Source of the DNA: Octopus vulgaris
Taxonomy: Eukaryota
DNA: 64,000 nucleotides
NCBI GenBank assembly: GCA_951406725.2
Contig: OX597834.1
Location: 21,638,001 to 21,702,000 of the forward strand
Direction: 5' to 3'
The notes below the pieces were generated by a model. The model was not told where the DNA came from, did not search any database, and saw only the letters and a list, made by a program, of their open reading frames with translations. Positions within the stretch are counted from its first letter, which is position 1. The number at the start of each line of letters is the position of its first letter. The position numbers and the translations under genes were made by a program. Below are positions 13,178-26,454 of this stretch, one piece after another.

Positions 13178-14040
13178 CATGAGAAACAAAAAGCTACAAC
13201 AGTAAAAAAAACCTAGAGACATGTTTGCTCTCACTAACTAAAAGCCATTAGTCTTGTAACTACTATATTGTCGAGATAAAATAATAGTTATACAATGTTA
13301 TTTATGGAGTCTGCGGAATATTATTTCTAGCTTTTCATACTTAATAAACGACAGGAAGATATATTAGAACGATATTGCATTTCCCTTCTGTAGTATTGTA
13401 CACCATGGCAGCCAATTTATGCCTGACGTGAATTTAATGCCTCGGTCAAACTAAGTATTTGGAAGATGGTAGATTACATGTTCAGGTTTGGTTCACTTCA
13501 AACGAGCAAATATGTTCTCACTTCAATCAATCATGGTTAAGCTTTAGTAGCATATTGCCAATGGAATCATATGTAATATCAAAGATTGATTGTCTCACAC
13601 ACGCACTCACACACACACACCACACACACACATACATAAATGTATATATATATATATATATATATATATTTCGTATATATGTATACATACTTATATACAT
13701 ATACATATGTGCAGTATGTATGTATATATATACATATGTATGTGTGGTTATATAATACACACATATATATACATACACGTATGTGTATTTATATAACAGA
13801 TATTTGTGTAAATATACACCTGCGTGTTTACATATATCTGTATTTATAAATATGTATATGTATATGTGAACTATATATATGTATTTATATATGTGGGTAT
13901 ACATATACATTTGTGTGTGTGTATATATTATATATATATATACATATGAGTGTGCGTGTATACATAGTTCTGTTTGTGTGTGCATATATATATATATATG
14001 TATGTATATATGTATATATATGTATGTATATATGTGTGTG

Positions 14041-14094
<54 letters not shown>

Positions 14095-14122
14095 TATATG
14101 TATATATATGTATTTATATATA

Positions 14123-14176
<54 letters not shown>

Positions 14177-14918
14177 TATATTTGTGTACAAATGTTCTTG
14201 GGCTTGCTGTCTCTGTCTGGCTTGGAAGGGTACATAGCCAATCTAACAATTGAAATCAAACTCAATGATATGTATGATCGCTAGTCTGTGAGAGAAATGA
14301 CTCTTAATAAGATATCATTTAGATTGCAAAATCACATCCAACACATACCAGCATGGAAAGCAAACATCAAACAATGACAATGATCATTATTATGAATTTG
14401 TTGAGGTATAGGTGTGTGACTGAAACATATCCAGGTAGATGAGTGTACATTTATTTGTCTGAAAGCCTATTGCTGTTGTGTTTGAGATGATGGTGCAGTG
14501 TTTTGTTAGTAAATAAGAAAATGATATATTGGATCTTCTTACCCCTCTGTTTCAAGATAATTGTGTCTCATCAGGGATGTATATTTGTGTACATTTGTGA
14601 ACCGAGGGGAGATACAAAGGGAACAATGCAGTATTTTAGACCCATTTCAGTTATGTGAAACCATTTGGGAAGATCTGGACTTATAAATGTATAATACTTT
14701 GATTAATATGTGTACATGCATGTGTGTATGTGTGTCAGTCTGTATTTATGCATATATATGTATCTATATATGTATATATTTATTTGCATGTATATGTGTG
14801 TGTATGCATGTGTGTGTATGCCGATGGTACTAGGTCACAGCCAGTGTTTGATTTTAATTACTTTAAACAGAGAGTTAATTAAGGAGGCGGAAATGTTGTG
14901 GTGTTTAAATTGCATTAC

Positions 14919-15056
14919 TTGCCTCCTCTGCCTCCTGTGTAGGACGACATCCCCACCGTTCCTCCTCACCGCCTCCGCCCCCACCTCCGCCCCATCACCT
15001 CTGCCATCTTCCTCAAAGGTGATGTCTACTTCGAGTTTTACGTTTTTCCATAAGGT
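14919..15056 (-). CDS. Candidate internal exon of an unidentified gene (138 nt, phase 0-0)
   Basis: Long polypyrimidine tract then ttgcag| acceptor, |gtaatg donor, GC-rich island. Open frame TLWKNVKLEVDITFEEDGRGDGAEVGAEAVRRNGGDVVLHRRQRRQ. No homology recognised. Confidence 0.35.
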
Positions 15057-15247
15057 CTGCAAGTCATTAAATAGAGAGAGAGAAAGAGAGACAGACAGAT
15101 AGATGTAGAAAGAAAAAGAGTGAATAATAAGAAGAAAAAAAAAAGAAAGAAGAAAAAGAAAGAAAAGCAAGAAAGTGTGGAGAGAATTTAAAAGCAATTT
15201 AATTTGAAGAAGAAGCGACTGACTGCTGAAAGAAGATTTATATGAGT

Positions 15248-15415
15248 AGGCAGAGGAGCGTCTGTATAGTAAGAATCTTGCTTCCCAACCACGTGGTTCC
15301 AGGTTCAGTCCCACTTTGTGGCATCTTGGCCAAGTGTCTTCTACTATAGCCTCTGGCTAACCAATGCCTTGTGAGTGGATTTGGTAGATGGAAACTGAAA
15401 GAAGCCCATCGTGTG
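15248..15415 (+). mobile_element. SINE family A, 5' half
   Basis: Matches family A head through gaaactgaaagaagccc. Confidence 0.8.
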
Positions 15416-15669
15416 TGTGTATATATATATATATACTAATATAGGATGAAGTTTTTTTACAGAAAAAAATTCCATCAAAAAATGTGGCAGCATATTAAAA
15501 TACCTTTATGGATAAAATTATAAACAACTTATAAATGAGGGCTAAAGAAAATTATTTCAATGCCAATATGCTGATAACAGACTGTTAAATCGTCAATTTC
15601 CACATATTATTTACTCGCTACAGGTATATATATATATATATATATATAAGGTATATATATATATATATA

Positions 15670-15808
15670 CCGGAGTAAACACATAAATGTGAAACAAGGT
15701 GGAAAAAAGAGTACTCAAATACCAGTGGTAGAGTAATATGGTTTATTTAAAGCAGCAGAAAATTCAACAAAACCTGTTACTCTGAGTTTCACGTTTCCAT
15801 TCGTCGGA

Positions 15809-15815
<7 letters not shown>
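15670..15815 (-). mobile_element. Short Penelope-like terminal fragment in (TA)n
   Basis: Unique-looking 145-bp insert between (TA)n tracts that ends in a hammerhead motif. Confidence 0.55.
15774..15811 (-). ncRNA. Minimal type I hammerhead ribozyme motif
   Basis: Minus strand: ctgt CCGACGA atg gaaa cgt GAAA ctc a gag TA acag. All three helices pair; U4C core variant. Confidence 0.65.
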
Positions 15816-15863
<48 letters not shown>

Positions 15864-16072
15864 CATCATCATCATCAACGTTTAACATCTGTCATCCAAG
15901 CATGGGTAAGACAGGTGACAGGAATCAGCCAGGTAGAAAAGCTACCCTGTGCTACTGTCTGCTTAGGCAGGGTTTTTACGGCTGGATGCCCTTCCTAACA
16001 CCAACCAATCTGCAGGACTCAATGCTTTTTACATGGAGATATGTACACGTGTGTATGCATATGTGTGTGTGT

Positions 16073-16310
16073 GTGGCTTAGTGGGTAGGGTATTGCACAC
16101 TTGCTCATAAGATTGTGGTTTCAGTTCCTGGTCTGAGTGATGCAGTGTTTCCTTGAGCAAGATACTTCATTTCATGTTAACTCTAGTCCAATCATCTGGC
16201 AAAGGTGAGTATTTTTGTGATGGAACAGTGACCCTGCTAGGTGGGGGCGGAATATATACACTAAAGGATCTAGAAAACAGGCCTTATGAGCCTATGACCT
16301 AGCAAGAACC
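16073..16310 (+). mobile_element. tRNA-derived SINE related to family C (degenerate)
   Basis: gtggcttagtgg head; ccttgagcaagatacttcatttc domain shared with 28872-29122(-). Confidence 0.65.
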
Positions 16311-16345
16311 CCAAATCTTAAAATTAATATATATATACATGCATA

Positions 16346-16393
<48 letters not shown>

Positions 16394-17476
16394 TACATAC
16401 ACACATACATACATACATACATAATATATATATGTGTATGTGTATATATATATATACATACATATATGTATATACAAATACATATATATATATGTATTTG
16501 TATGTATATATATGTATGTGTATGTATGTGTATATATATATATATATGTATGTATATACATGTATGTATACACATATATACATGTGTGTGTGTGTGTTTG
16601 TGCACAACAAGCATAGACAAATGGTTAGGTAGGTGACTAGATAGATGTGTAGATAGGTAGGTTGAGAAGGAAGGAGGGAATGAAGAAGGGAGGTTGTGTT
16701 TGCAGGACGGGGGTGGGGGTTGTAAATTTCAAAAAACAACTGATACTACAAATTGTCGATAGATCAAGTTTCAAGGTAGAAAAATAAAAATTATACGTAG
16801 AACACAAGAAGAGAAGAATTGTGAAGAGAAAAAATCTCCAGTTAATTGTATTAACCTGAGCCCTTTCAGCTATTAACCTCTCCATTAAGATCTGTCATAA
16901 GAGAATTCATTCACCAAATCATAACCGTGAAAAAAATTAAGACGTACCATTACCACTGGGAAACTGGATTTTACATATGGGTTCGTTTAAACAGAGTTTT
17001 GTTTTTAGCAATTTTTAAGAGTTTTTGTTTAGATGTTTGTTTTTTGTTTTATATTTTCAAATCTGTTTTTATAAATTGGTTAATTTTTTTTTTTTGATAT
17101 TTTTATGTTTGTTTAATGTTATTGTGGTGAAGTATCTGAGCTGGGTTTCTTTTTCTGTTTTTGTTTTTTTTCTTTTCTCTTTCTTTTTCATTTTTATGGG
17201 TTTTGAGTTTTAAATTTATATTTATTGTTTGCTTGTGGTTTGCTTTTTAAGTGTGCGTGTGTATACACATGCACATATGTACACAAACACAAACACACAC
17301 ACATATATATATACACACACATACATACATACATATGCATATATGTGTATGCATATATATATGCATACATACATACATACATATATATATATATACATAT
17401 ATATATGCATATATATATATACACATATATATATGCATATATATATATACACACATATATATATGAATATATATAT

Positions 17477-17517
<41 letters not shown>

Positions 17518-17652
17518 TTATATATATATACATTTATATATATGTATACATGCATATATATACATACATACATATATGCTTATGTATATGTATGTACATG
17601 TGTGTGTAATATATCTAACATATATATGTATGAATGTTTATATGTACATTTA

Positions 17653-17698
<46 letters not shown>

Positions 17699-18255
17699 TA
17701 TGCATGTATATATGTGCATGTTTGTGTTTCCCTTAAGGGTTCACAAAATTGAGACTAAAACCTTTTTTACGCCGAATTAGATTCCAAACCATTCTAAAGT
17801 TTGTTAGAGGAGGAGCTGGGAGTGTCACAGAATAAACCTTAGCTTTTTTTTTTTTAAGGTATTTCTAGTGATACTGGATCAGACCCCTCTTTATCAGTGA
17901 GACGATATCAGTTGCCGGCAGTATGGGTTCTTCTTCCAAATACTTGGAGTTAAGATTTCATAAGATTATTTAATACATTACATATTTAATTCTCTTGCGT
18001 TCTATTCACACACACACACTTACTCATGTGTGTATATTATGATACATGTTCTTCTCTTGGACTGTTCCTTTCCCTCACTCTGGTCTTTGTCTTCTTTCCT
18101 CTTCCTGATAAAGAGCCATGCTCAAAACATTTCAGCTGCTCTTTTTTCCATCATAAACTTTTTCTGAGCGTCAACTGATATATTTACTATGTTTGTCCAT
18201 TTTTTTTGTTTTTTATTTATATATGTATATATGTATGTATGTATGTGTGGAGGCA

Positions 18256-18496
18256 TGTATATCTGTCAGGCATGTGGAAGAGAGTGTAATTCGGCAGGAG
18301 GACTTAAACGACATGCAAAGGTACATGAAGCCCAGTTACAACTACAGCCGGCTATTACCAGTAAAGGTTTTAGTTGCCAATTTTGTACAAGACGTTGTAG
18401 ATCTTTAGCTGGGCTAAAAAGTCACATTCGATCACAGCACCAGTAACAGTTAAGCTTCGTGCAATGGCCATACTCGATAACGAGGGGGCAGCCATC
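18256..18496 (+). mobile_element. 5'-truncated RTE-type LINE 3' end with two C2H2 zinc fingers
   Basis: CQACGRECNSAGGLKRHAKVH and CQFCTRRCRSLAGLKSHIRSQH then stop at 18446. Short 3' UTR; 13-bp TSD atgtgtggag(g/a)ca at 18243-18255 and 18497-18509. Confidence 0.75.
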
Positions 18497-18499
18497 ATG

Positions 18500-18792
18500 T
18501 GTGGAGACACATGGCCTAGTGATAAGGTCAGTGGACTCACGGTCAAAGGATCATGGGTTCGAATCTCAGACAGGGCGATGTGTGTGTTTATGAACGAAAC
18601 ACCTAAGCTCCACGTGGCTCCAGCAGAAGGTAATGGTGAACTTCTACTGACTCTTTCTCTCACTCTTTCCTCCTGCATCTTGCAGCTCACCTGCGATGGA
18701 CCGGCATCCTGTCCAGGTGGGGAACCTATACGCCAAGGAAACCAGTAAACCAGCCCTAATGAGCTAGGCATGGCTTGAGAAGGAACAAACAA
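18500..18792 (+). mobile_element. SINE family C
   Basis: tggcctagtg A-box, ggttcgaatc B-box, aaacacctaagctccacg body. Confidence 0.8.
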
Positions 18793-18812
18793 TATGTATG
18801 TATGTATATAAG

Positions 18813-19135
18813 AAAAGGGTAAAGACCCCACCTTAGGTCATGAATGACCACAGGATTGCATGTAGAATGTTCCACTCCAAGGTACAAGTTTGGGTAAAGT
18901 TGTTAGGGGAAGACCAGCTGTCACCCATGCATATCAGCCTGCCCTCTCCATGCCACCGATGTTATCCAAGGCAAAGGTAAAGGAGCCAATACAGCTTGGC
19001 ACCAGTGACATCACAACTCATTTATACAGCTGAGTAAACTGGACCAATGTGAAATAAAGTGTCTTGCTCAAGAACACAACACACAGCCCAGTCCAGGAAT
19101 CGAACTTAGTACCTCATGATTGTGAACCTGACACT
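18813..19135 (-). mobile_element. tRNA-derived SINE with family C-related head and a distinct tail
   Basis: agctgagtaaactgg...tcttgctcaagaacacaac...ggaatcgaac block shared with 28990-29070. Confidence 0.7.
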
Positions 19136-19813
19136 TACATACATACATATTTATACACACACATGCATGTGCACACACGTGCATGTACGCACATGTGCAT
19201 CCTCATACATGCACATGTACCCACATGTGTATGTGCATGCACAGACACATGCATGCACACATCTCCCAAATTCAGCCCTAAGGTTTTCGTTGGCCCAGCG
19301 CTATAGCGGAAGACACTTTCTCAAGGTGTTGCACAGAGGGATGGAACCCACAGCCATGTGGGTTGCAAAGCAAGCTTCGTAACTGCACAGCCATGCCGAC
19401 ACCTAGCAAGATAATTTTCAGGAACCCCTGCCCTCACAAGGGGGGCTGGGAAGAGCCTGTTTGAGAGAAATTCTTGAAGCCTGGAAATGCAGTTAGCAAT
19501 ACAAGGATTGTCTGAGATGCACTCTCACAGAATGGCAGAAACCATTCTATATGCATTCTTTCAGGTGCTGAGTGCTGCTGCCTTGCAAAGGCAATTTTCC
19601 CAATGTGCTAATGATTCTACCAGTCTGCCAAGTAAAATAATAATAATAATAATAACAACAACAACAACAGCAACAGCAGCAACAACAACAACAACAACAA
19701 TGTCGATAATTCATTCTTTAATTACTGCAAGGGTCGATAAATTAAGTACCAGTGAAACACTAGGGGTTTAAGTAATTGACTAGTCCCCTCCCCCTGTGCC
19801 TTTAGTAGAAAGG

Positions 19814-19854
<41 letters not shown>

Positions 19855-19886
19855 CATTGATGATGATGATGATGATGATAATAATA

Positions 19887-19927
<41 letters not shown>

Positions 19928-20132
19928 GATGGTGAGATGGCAGAATCATTATCACGCCAGGCAAAATTCTTAGCAGCGATTCGTCTGTCACTCTATTCTA
20001 AGTTCAAATTTCGCCAAGGTCGACGTTGCCTTTCAACTTTTCAGGGTCAATAATTTAAACATCAGTGAAACACCGGAGTCGATGTAATTGACTAGTCCCC
20101 CTCCCCTAAAATTTAAGGCCTTGTTCCTATAG

Positions 20133-20169
<37 letters not shown>

Positions 20170-20407
20170 CATCATTATTATTTTGATTATTATTATTGTT
20201 GTTGTTATTACATGTTCAGTTTCATAAATATATTTAAAACCTTCCAAATTACATAAATACAGCGATCAAGTTACCGCTTTCTACTTTCCCCCTCCCTGAA
20301 TTACCAAAGTTTAACTGAAGTACCATTTGTGTGGAGGAAAAAGAAAAAAAATAACCAACAAAAACGAAACAAGAAAATATAGGTGTCAAGTATATATCAC
20401 ACCTCTC

Positions 20408-20683
20408 CTACTACTACTACTACTGCGACTACTACTATTACTACGACTACGACTACTACTACCACTACTACTACTACTACTGCTACCACTACTACTACTA
20501 TTACGACTACTACTACTATTACTACGACTACTACAACTACTACTACTACTACTACTACTACTACAACGACGACGATGATGACGATTACTACTACTACTAC
20601 GACTACTACTACTATTACTACTACAACGACGACGACTACTACTACTACTACTACTACTTATACTACTACTATTACTACTACTA
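20408..20683. repeat. Imperfect (CTA)n array
   Basis: Directly visible; source of the poly-T/poly-L ORFs. Confidence 0.95.
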
Positions 20684-21145
20684 CCCCTTTTTTTTGAAGA
20701 GGTGTCGAGGAGAGATTGTATGTTGATGCTATGCCGAAAAAGAAAGACAGTTAAAATGATATCGTCATTATTTCATTGGCGTGTTATATGTGTTTTGGTC
20801 TGTGTGTGTGTGTATTGGTGTTGGTGTGTGTGTGTCTGTGTCTGTGTGTGTGTGAGAGAGAGAGAGAGAAACTCTGTGGAAACGGATCAATATCGTATCA
20901 CACAAAGATGACAATAGCGACATCAACTTTTTGATGCTTGGTAAATATTGATCGTGCTCCTAACATCATCTGTTTTGAAAATTGTTATGGCTGTTGTTGT
21001 TGTCGTTGTTGTTGTTGATGCCCTTCTAATAGAAGTGGAGGTGGTGGTGGTGGTGATGGTGATGGTGGTACTTGTTGCTGTTGTTATATTTGCACTTTGT
21101 CGTGATCAGTAAAGTCTAGAATACATACGCATGTGTGTCTCTGTA

Positions 21146-21180
<35 letters not shown>

Positions 21181-21355
21181 GTGTGTGTGTGTGTGTGCAC
21201 AGATATATTGAAAAAGACAGACAGACAGACACATACATATATTCATACATACATACACATGGAGGGATGGATAGTTAGATGGACATACAGACTGATAGAT
21301 AGACATACACATACATATATTTATGTGTGCATATACATATATACATATATATATA

Positions 21356-21390
<35 letters not shown>

Positions 21391-21407
21391 CCATACATAT
21401 CATACAT

Positions 21408-21557
<150 letters not shown>

Positions 21558-21560
21558 TAG

Positions 21561-21668
<108 letters not shown>

Positions 21669-22077
21669 CATATATACATATAGATATATATATATATATG
21701 TATAAATGTTTGGGTTTATGCTTAGGTATGGACTTGGAATATATAGACAGACAGTCTGATAGACACATAGGTAGATGGATGATAGATAGACAGACAGACA
21801 GACAGATAGATAGAGAGATAGATAGAGAGATAGATAGATAGATAGATAGATGATAGATAGATAGATAGATAGATAGATAGAGATGGATGGATGGAGAATG
21901 TGACAGGCCTAATACTAACACTCCAGTAAATAATATATTACATATTTTATTGATATTTCAGCGCCCCAACCCTTCAAAATAGAACCCCATGGAAATATCC
22001 CCAGCAATTCCAGTGAGAGTTCCACATAAAGCCAGCCAATACCACATGCAGTTCTGTTTGAATATCATCACCCCTCT

Positions 22078-22712
22078 AAAGGCGGCGAGCTGGCAGAATC
22101 GTTAGCAGTATTTGGTCTGTCTTTGCATTCTGAGTTCAAATTTCGCCGAGGTCGACTTTGCCTTTCATCCTTTCGGGGTCGATAAATTAAGTACTAGTCG
22201 TGTATTGGGGTCGATCTAATCTACTGCCGCCCCTCCCCTAGAATTTCCGGCCTTGTGCCTAGAGTAGGAAAGAATATAAGGCAATGAGCTGGTAGAAACA
22301 TTAGCATGCCAGGTGAAATGATTAGCGGTATTTCGTCTGTTTTTACATTCTGAGTACAAAGTCCGCTGAGGCTGACTTTGCCTTTCATCCTTTCAGGGTC
22401 GATTAGATAAGTACTATTTACACACTGAGGTCAATATAATCGACTTAATCCCTTTGTCTGTCCTTGTTTGTCCCCTCTATGTTTAGCCCCTTGTGGGCAA
22501 TAAAGAAATAAATATCAATACCCATAGGGCAGCGAGCTGGCTGAAACATTATCATGCCAGGTGAAAGGCTTTGTGGTATTCCACCGAGGTTGACTTTGCC
22601 TTTCATCCTTTCAGGGGTCGATAAATTAAGAACCAGTTGCATAGTGGGATCGATTTAATTGACTGGCCCCTGCAACAAAAACTTTGGGCCTTGTGCCTAG
22701 AGTAGAAAAGCA
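22078..22712 (+). mobile_element. Three head-to-tail family B SINE copies
   Basis: Heads ggc(g)gcgagctgg at ~22081, 22281 and 22529, each followed by gactttgcctttcatccttt. Confidence 0.85.
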
Positions 22713-22861
22713 TATCATCACCCCTCTCAGTAAAATGCCCCTTGAGATAGAGCATTTGTGGGGGATGGGCATGGTGGAGTGACAGGGTGATGAGGTCAGA
22801 GAGTAAAATTGTGAACATTTCAGTCTTTGTAGTGATCTTCACATCAACCTGATGTGTTTTC

Positions 22862-23335
22862 CTTTTACTTGTTTCAGTCATTGAATTGTGGCCATGCTGG
22901 GGTGCCACCTCGAAGGATTTAGTGAAACATTAAACCCAGTACTTATTTCTAAGGCTGGTATTTGTTCTGTTGGTCTCTTTTGCCAAACTGCCAAGTTATG
23001 GGGGACGCAAACAAACCAACACTGGTTATCACATTGTAGTGCTAGCAGGGGTGCAAGCATAATGACACACGTACATGAACAGAAATATATACAGCAGGCT
23101 TCCACACAGTATCCATCTACCAGGTTTTGTTCAGCTGGAGTTACACTTGAAGCTGAGGTTCCACATACTGGGTTTGAACCCAAAATCTCAAGATTTCAAA
23201 GCGAGTCTCTTAACCACACAGCCATGCCGGTTTCATCTACCAGATCCACTCGCAAGGCATTGGCTGGCCCAGGGCTATAGTAGAAGACATTTGCCCGAGG
23301 TGCCACACCGTGGGACTGAACCTGGAACCATGTGA
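22862..23335 (-). mobile_element. Family A SINE(s), rearranged
   Basis: ttttacttgtttcagtca tail and tagaagacatttgcccgaggtgccac head segment. Confidence 0.75.
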
Positions 23336-23513
23336 TTCAGACATGACATTTCTCTCCATACAACCAACATAATATATATATATATATATATATACAAGCG
23401 AGTGTTTTAAAGAATCAGATTCATAAAAATTATAAATAAGGTAAAAAAAAAAATAGAATGTAAGTAAAACATACCTACTTACGTGTACATGCAAACTCTG
23501 AAATACACACACA

Positions 23514-23552
<39 letters not shown>

Positions 23553-23674
23553 GCACGCACGCATGCACCAGCATGTGCACACATACCCTTAGCACCAACA
23601 TCGCCCCCGCCCCTCCCCCCGTTTCTGCCCCATATCTCTGAAACAGTTCATTTGACTAGAAGCCATAAATGTTC

Positions 23675-23708
<34 letters not shown>

Positions 23709-24035
23709 TTGTCTGTCTGTCCCTCCATGTAGACAATTGACTTGTTAGAAGAAGATGGAGTTAAACAGCTGTGTCAAGTCGGAGATAAAACAGTCATCTT
23801 GTGGTTTGCTTATCTTGTTGAAATTTTCTTTTTTTTACTTCTTCTTCTTCTTGGAAACAACACTTGCGCACACAGGCAAATACACAAGCGCGCACACATA
23901 CACACACAAAATCACATACACATCCATGCATGCGTATGCATTCTCATATCAATACACTTCCACACACTCATTTACTTACAAACTACAAACCAAGCACGCA
24001 CACACATATTTTCTTCTCTTCAGCTATATAAATAC

Positions 24036-24088
<53 letters not shown>

Positions 24089-24188
24089 TATATATGCATG
24101 TATGTATATATATATATAGCCGTAGAAAAGAAAATGTTAACAAGATAACTTATCAAGTTATTATCAGAAGATAACTTAATGTATATAT

Positions 24189-24377
<189 letters not shown>

Positions 24378-24961
24378 GTATATATGATACACTTTTATAA
24401 ACATAAATTGTATAATGATCTCCCTCTCTTTTTCCATCCTCTTTCTCTACCTATCTCTATCTGCCCTTCCCCCCTACACAGTGTCTCCACCCTCAAGTAC
24501 ATTGCATCGTGAGAAGGGTTGTGAGGGGGGTCAGTGGTTAGCTTCTCTCCCTCTCTTAGTGAAACTTGTTTGTTGTTTTGATATGGAATTGTCCAACAAA
24601 AGCCGTTCAGCATTCTCTATGAGAAGAATGAAGCTGTTGTACTGAAGAATGCTTCTCGAGGAATCACCATTATTTTCTCCGTTAAATTATTGTTGGGAGA
24701 TGTCTGTTACTTAACAGGCATGTTGTTCTTTTGTTTTTATGTCTGATTTTCAATGCTAGCATGGGTTAGATAAAAATGGTATTGTTTTTTGCAGCTGGAT
24801 GCTCTTCCTGTCACTAACTCTCACCTGATTTTCAGGAACATCATCTTCAGTGTTTGTACGTTTACATTCCATGCTTGTCGCTACTTAGCAAAACGGTGCC
24901 GATGTTGCTGTTTCTTGTTGACATTGTGACCAGTTGCTTTCAAAGCTTTCGAAGACCAGTT

Positions 24962-25212
24962 GAATAATAAAAATAATAATAAAAACATTGTGTACAGTGC
25001 TCAGGTGCACTACAACTCATCTAAAGTGTATGTATAATCAGGTGTAGTTTCGGCGGATTTCGGAAAGCATGAGGGCCTTAAAGGATGCAGTGTCATGGCA
25101 GTCAACAACTGACACAGGCAGTTTGTTCCATACTTCAGCAACTCTGAGCATGAAAAAAATGTTTCCGAAAGTCATGGGAGCTGTGTTGTTTTCTGACTTT
25201 GTAGGCATGTCC
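24962..25212 (-). mobile_element. CR1-type LINE 3' fragment (frameshifted)
   Basis: Minus strand GHAYKVRKQHSSHDFRKHFF / RVAEVWNKLPVSVVDCHDTASFK matches the CR1 GH..KL...FF..RV...WN.LP...FK motif; (TTA)-like tail. Confidence 0.75.
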
Positions 25213-25442
25213 TACATGATGTGCCTAACTAGAAAAACAGGTAAGGAAGAGCATCTACCTGTAAAATCCTGCTTCGGATAACTCTCCATAGAAATGGAGG
25301 CATCAATCATGGACCATCAGACATTAAACAAATAAACAACAGACAAACAAGTATACAAATATATATGAGTATGTTTATGACTGTTGATGTTTGGGTCCTC
25401 AAACAACTGAGGTTTAATGTCACCTCATTTGTATTCCATAAC

Positions 25443-25486
<44 letters not shown>

Positions 25487-25499
25487 TAATAATAATCAT

Positions 25500-25940
25500 T
25501 CTTTCTACTGGAAGCACAAGGCCTCAAATTTGGGAGAAGGATTAAGTCGATTATATCAACCCCAGTACATAACTGGTACTAATTTTATTGACCCTGAAAG
25601 GATGAAAGGCAAAGTCAACCTCGGCAGGATTTGATCTCAGAACGTAAAGACAAATGAAATACTGTAAAGCATTTCGTTCAGTGTGCTAACAGTTCTGCCA
25701 GCTCGCTTCGTTAGTAATAATAATAATAATGATGATAATGGATAATAATAATAATGGTTTCAAATTCTGGTATAAGGCCAGCAAGTTCAGGGAGGAGATA
25801 AGTCGATTGTATCAACCCCGGTGTCTTACTGGTACTTATTTTATTGACCCCGAAAGGATGAAAGGCAAAGTCAATCCCAAGTATAAAGTTGAAAGACATG
25901 CCACTAAGCAATTTTCCCAGCACAGTAAAACACTCTGCTA
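25500..25940 (-). mobile_element. Two family B SINE copies
   Basis: gaaaggatgaaaggcaaagtcaa at ~25597 and ~25852. Confidence 0.8.
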
Positions 25941-25959
25941 CCTTTTTTTATTATTATTG

Positions 25960-26011
<52 letters not shown>

Positions 26012-26013
26012 GA

Positions 26014-26047
<34 letters not shown>

Positions 26048-26200
26048 GGTGTTGGTGTTGTTGTTGCTGTTGTTGTTATTTGTAATATTGACTGGAAAAG
26101 GAAAATGTCCAACTTAGTGCTAACTGAAATTGAAATGATAATTCTATAATTTTATATTGCTTCGAGAGATAAAAACTGATATAAAGCAAAAAGCCATGTG

Positions 26201-26271
<71 letters not shown>

Positions 26272-26409
26272 GAGAGAGACAGATGTGTGTGTGTATATAT
26301 ATATATACATATATATATATACATATATATATAACACATATGAGTGTGTGTGAACATAATGTAAATATAATATATACACAGTATTTATATATATGTATAC
26401 ATATATATG

Positions 26410-26454
<45 letters not shown>

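Noticed and set aside
14834-14856. miR-2-like sequence (tcacagccag...ttgat)
   Set aside because: Only a seed-region resemblance; no complementary arm for a precursor hairpin.
18189-18446. Host C2H2 zinc-finger gene
   Set aside because: No TGEKP linkers, start lies in microsatellite, bounded by a TSD and a LINE-type 3' end.
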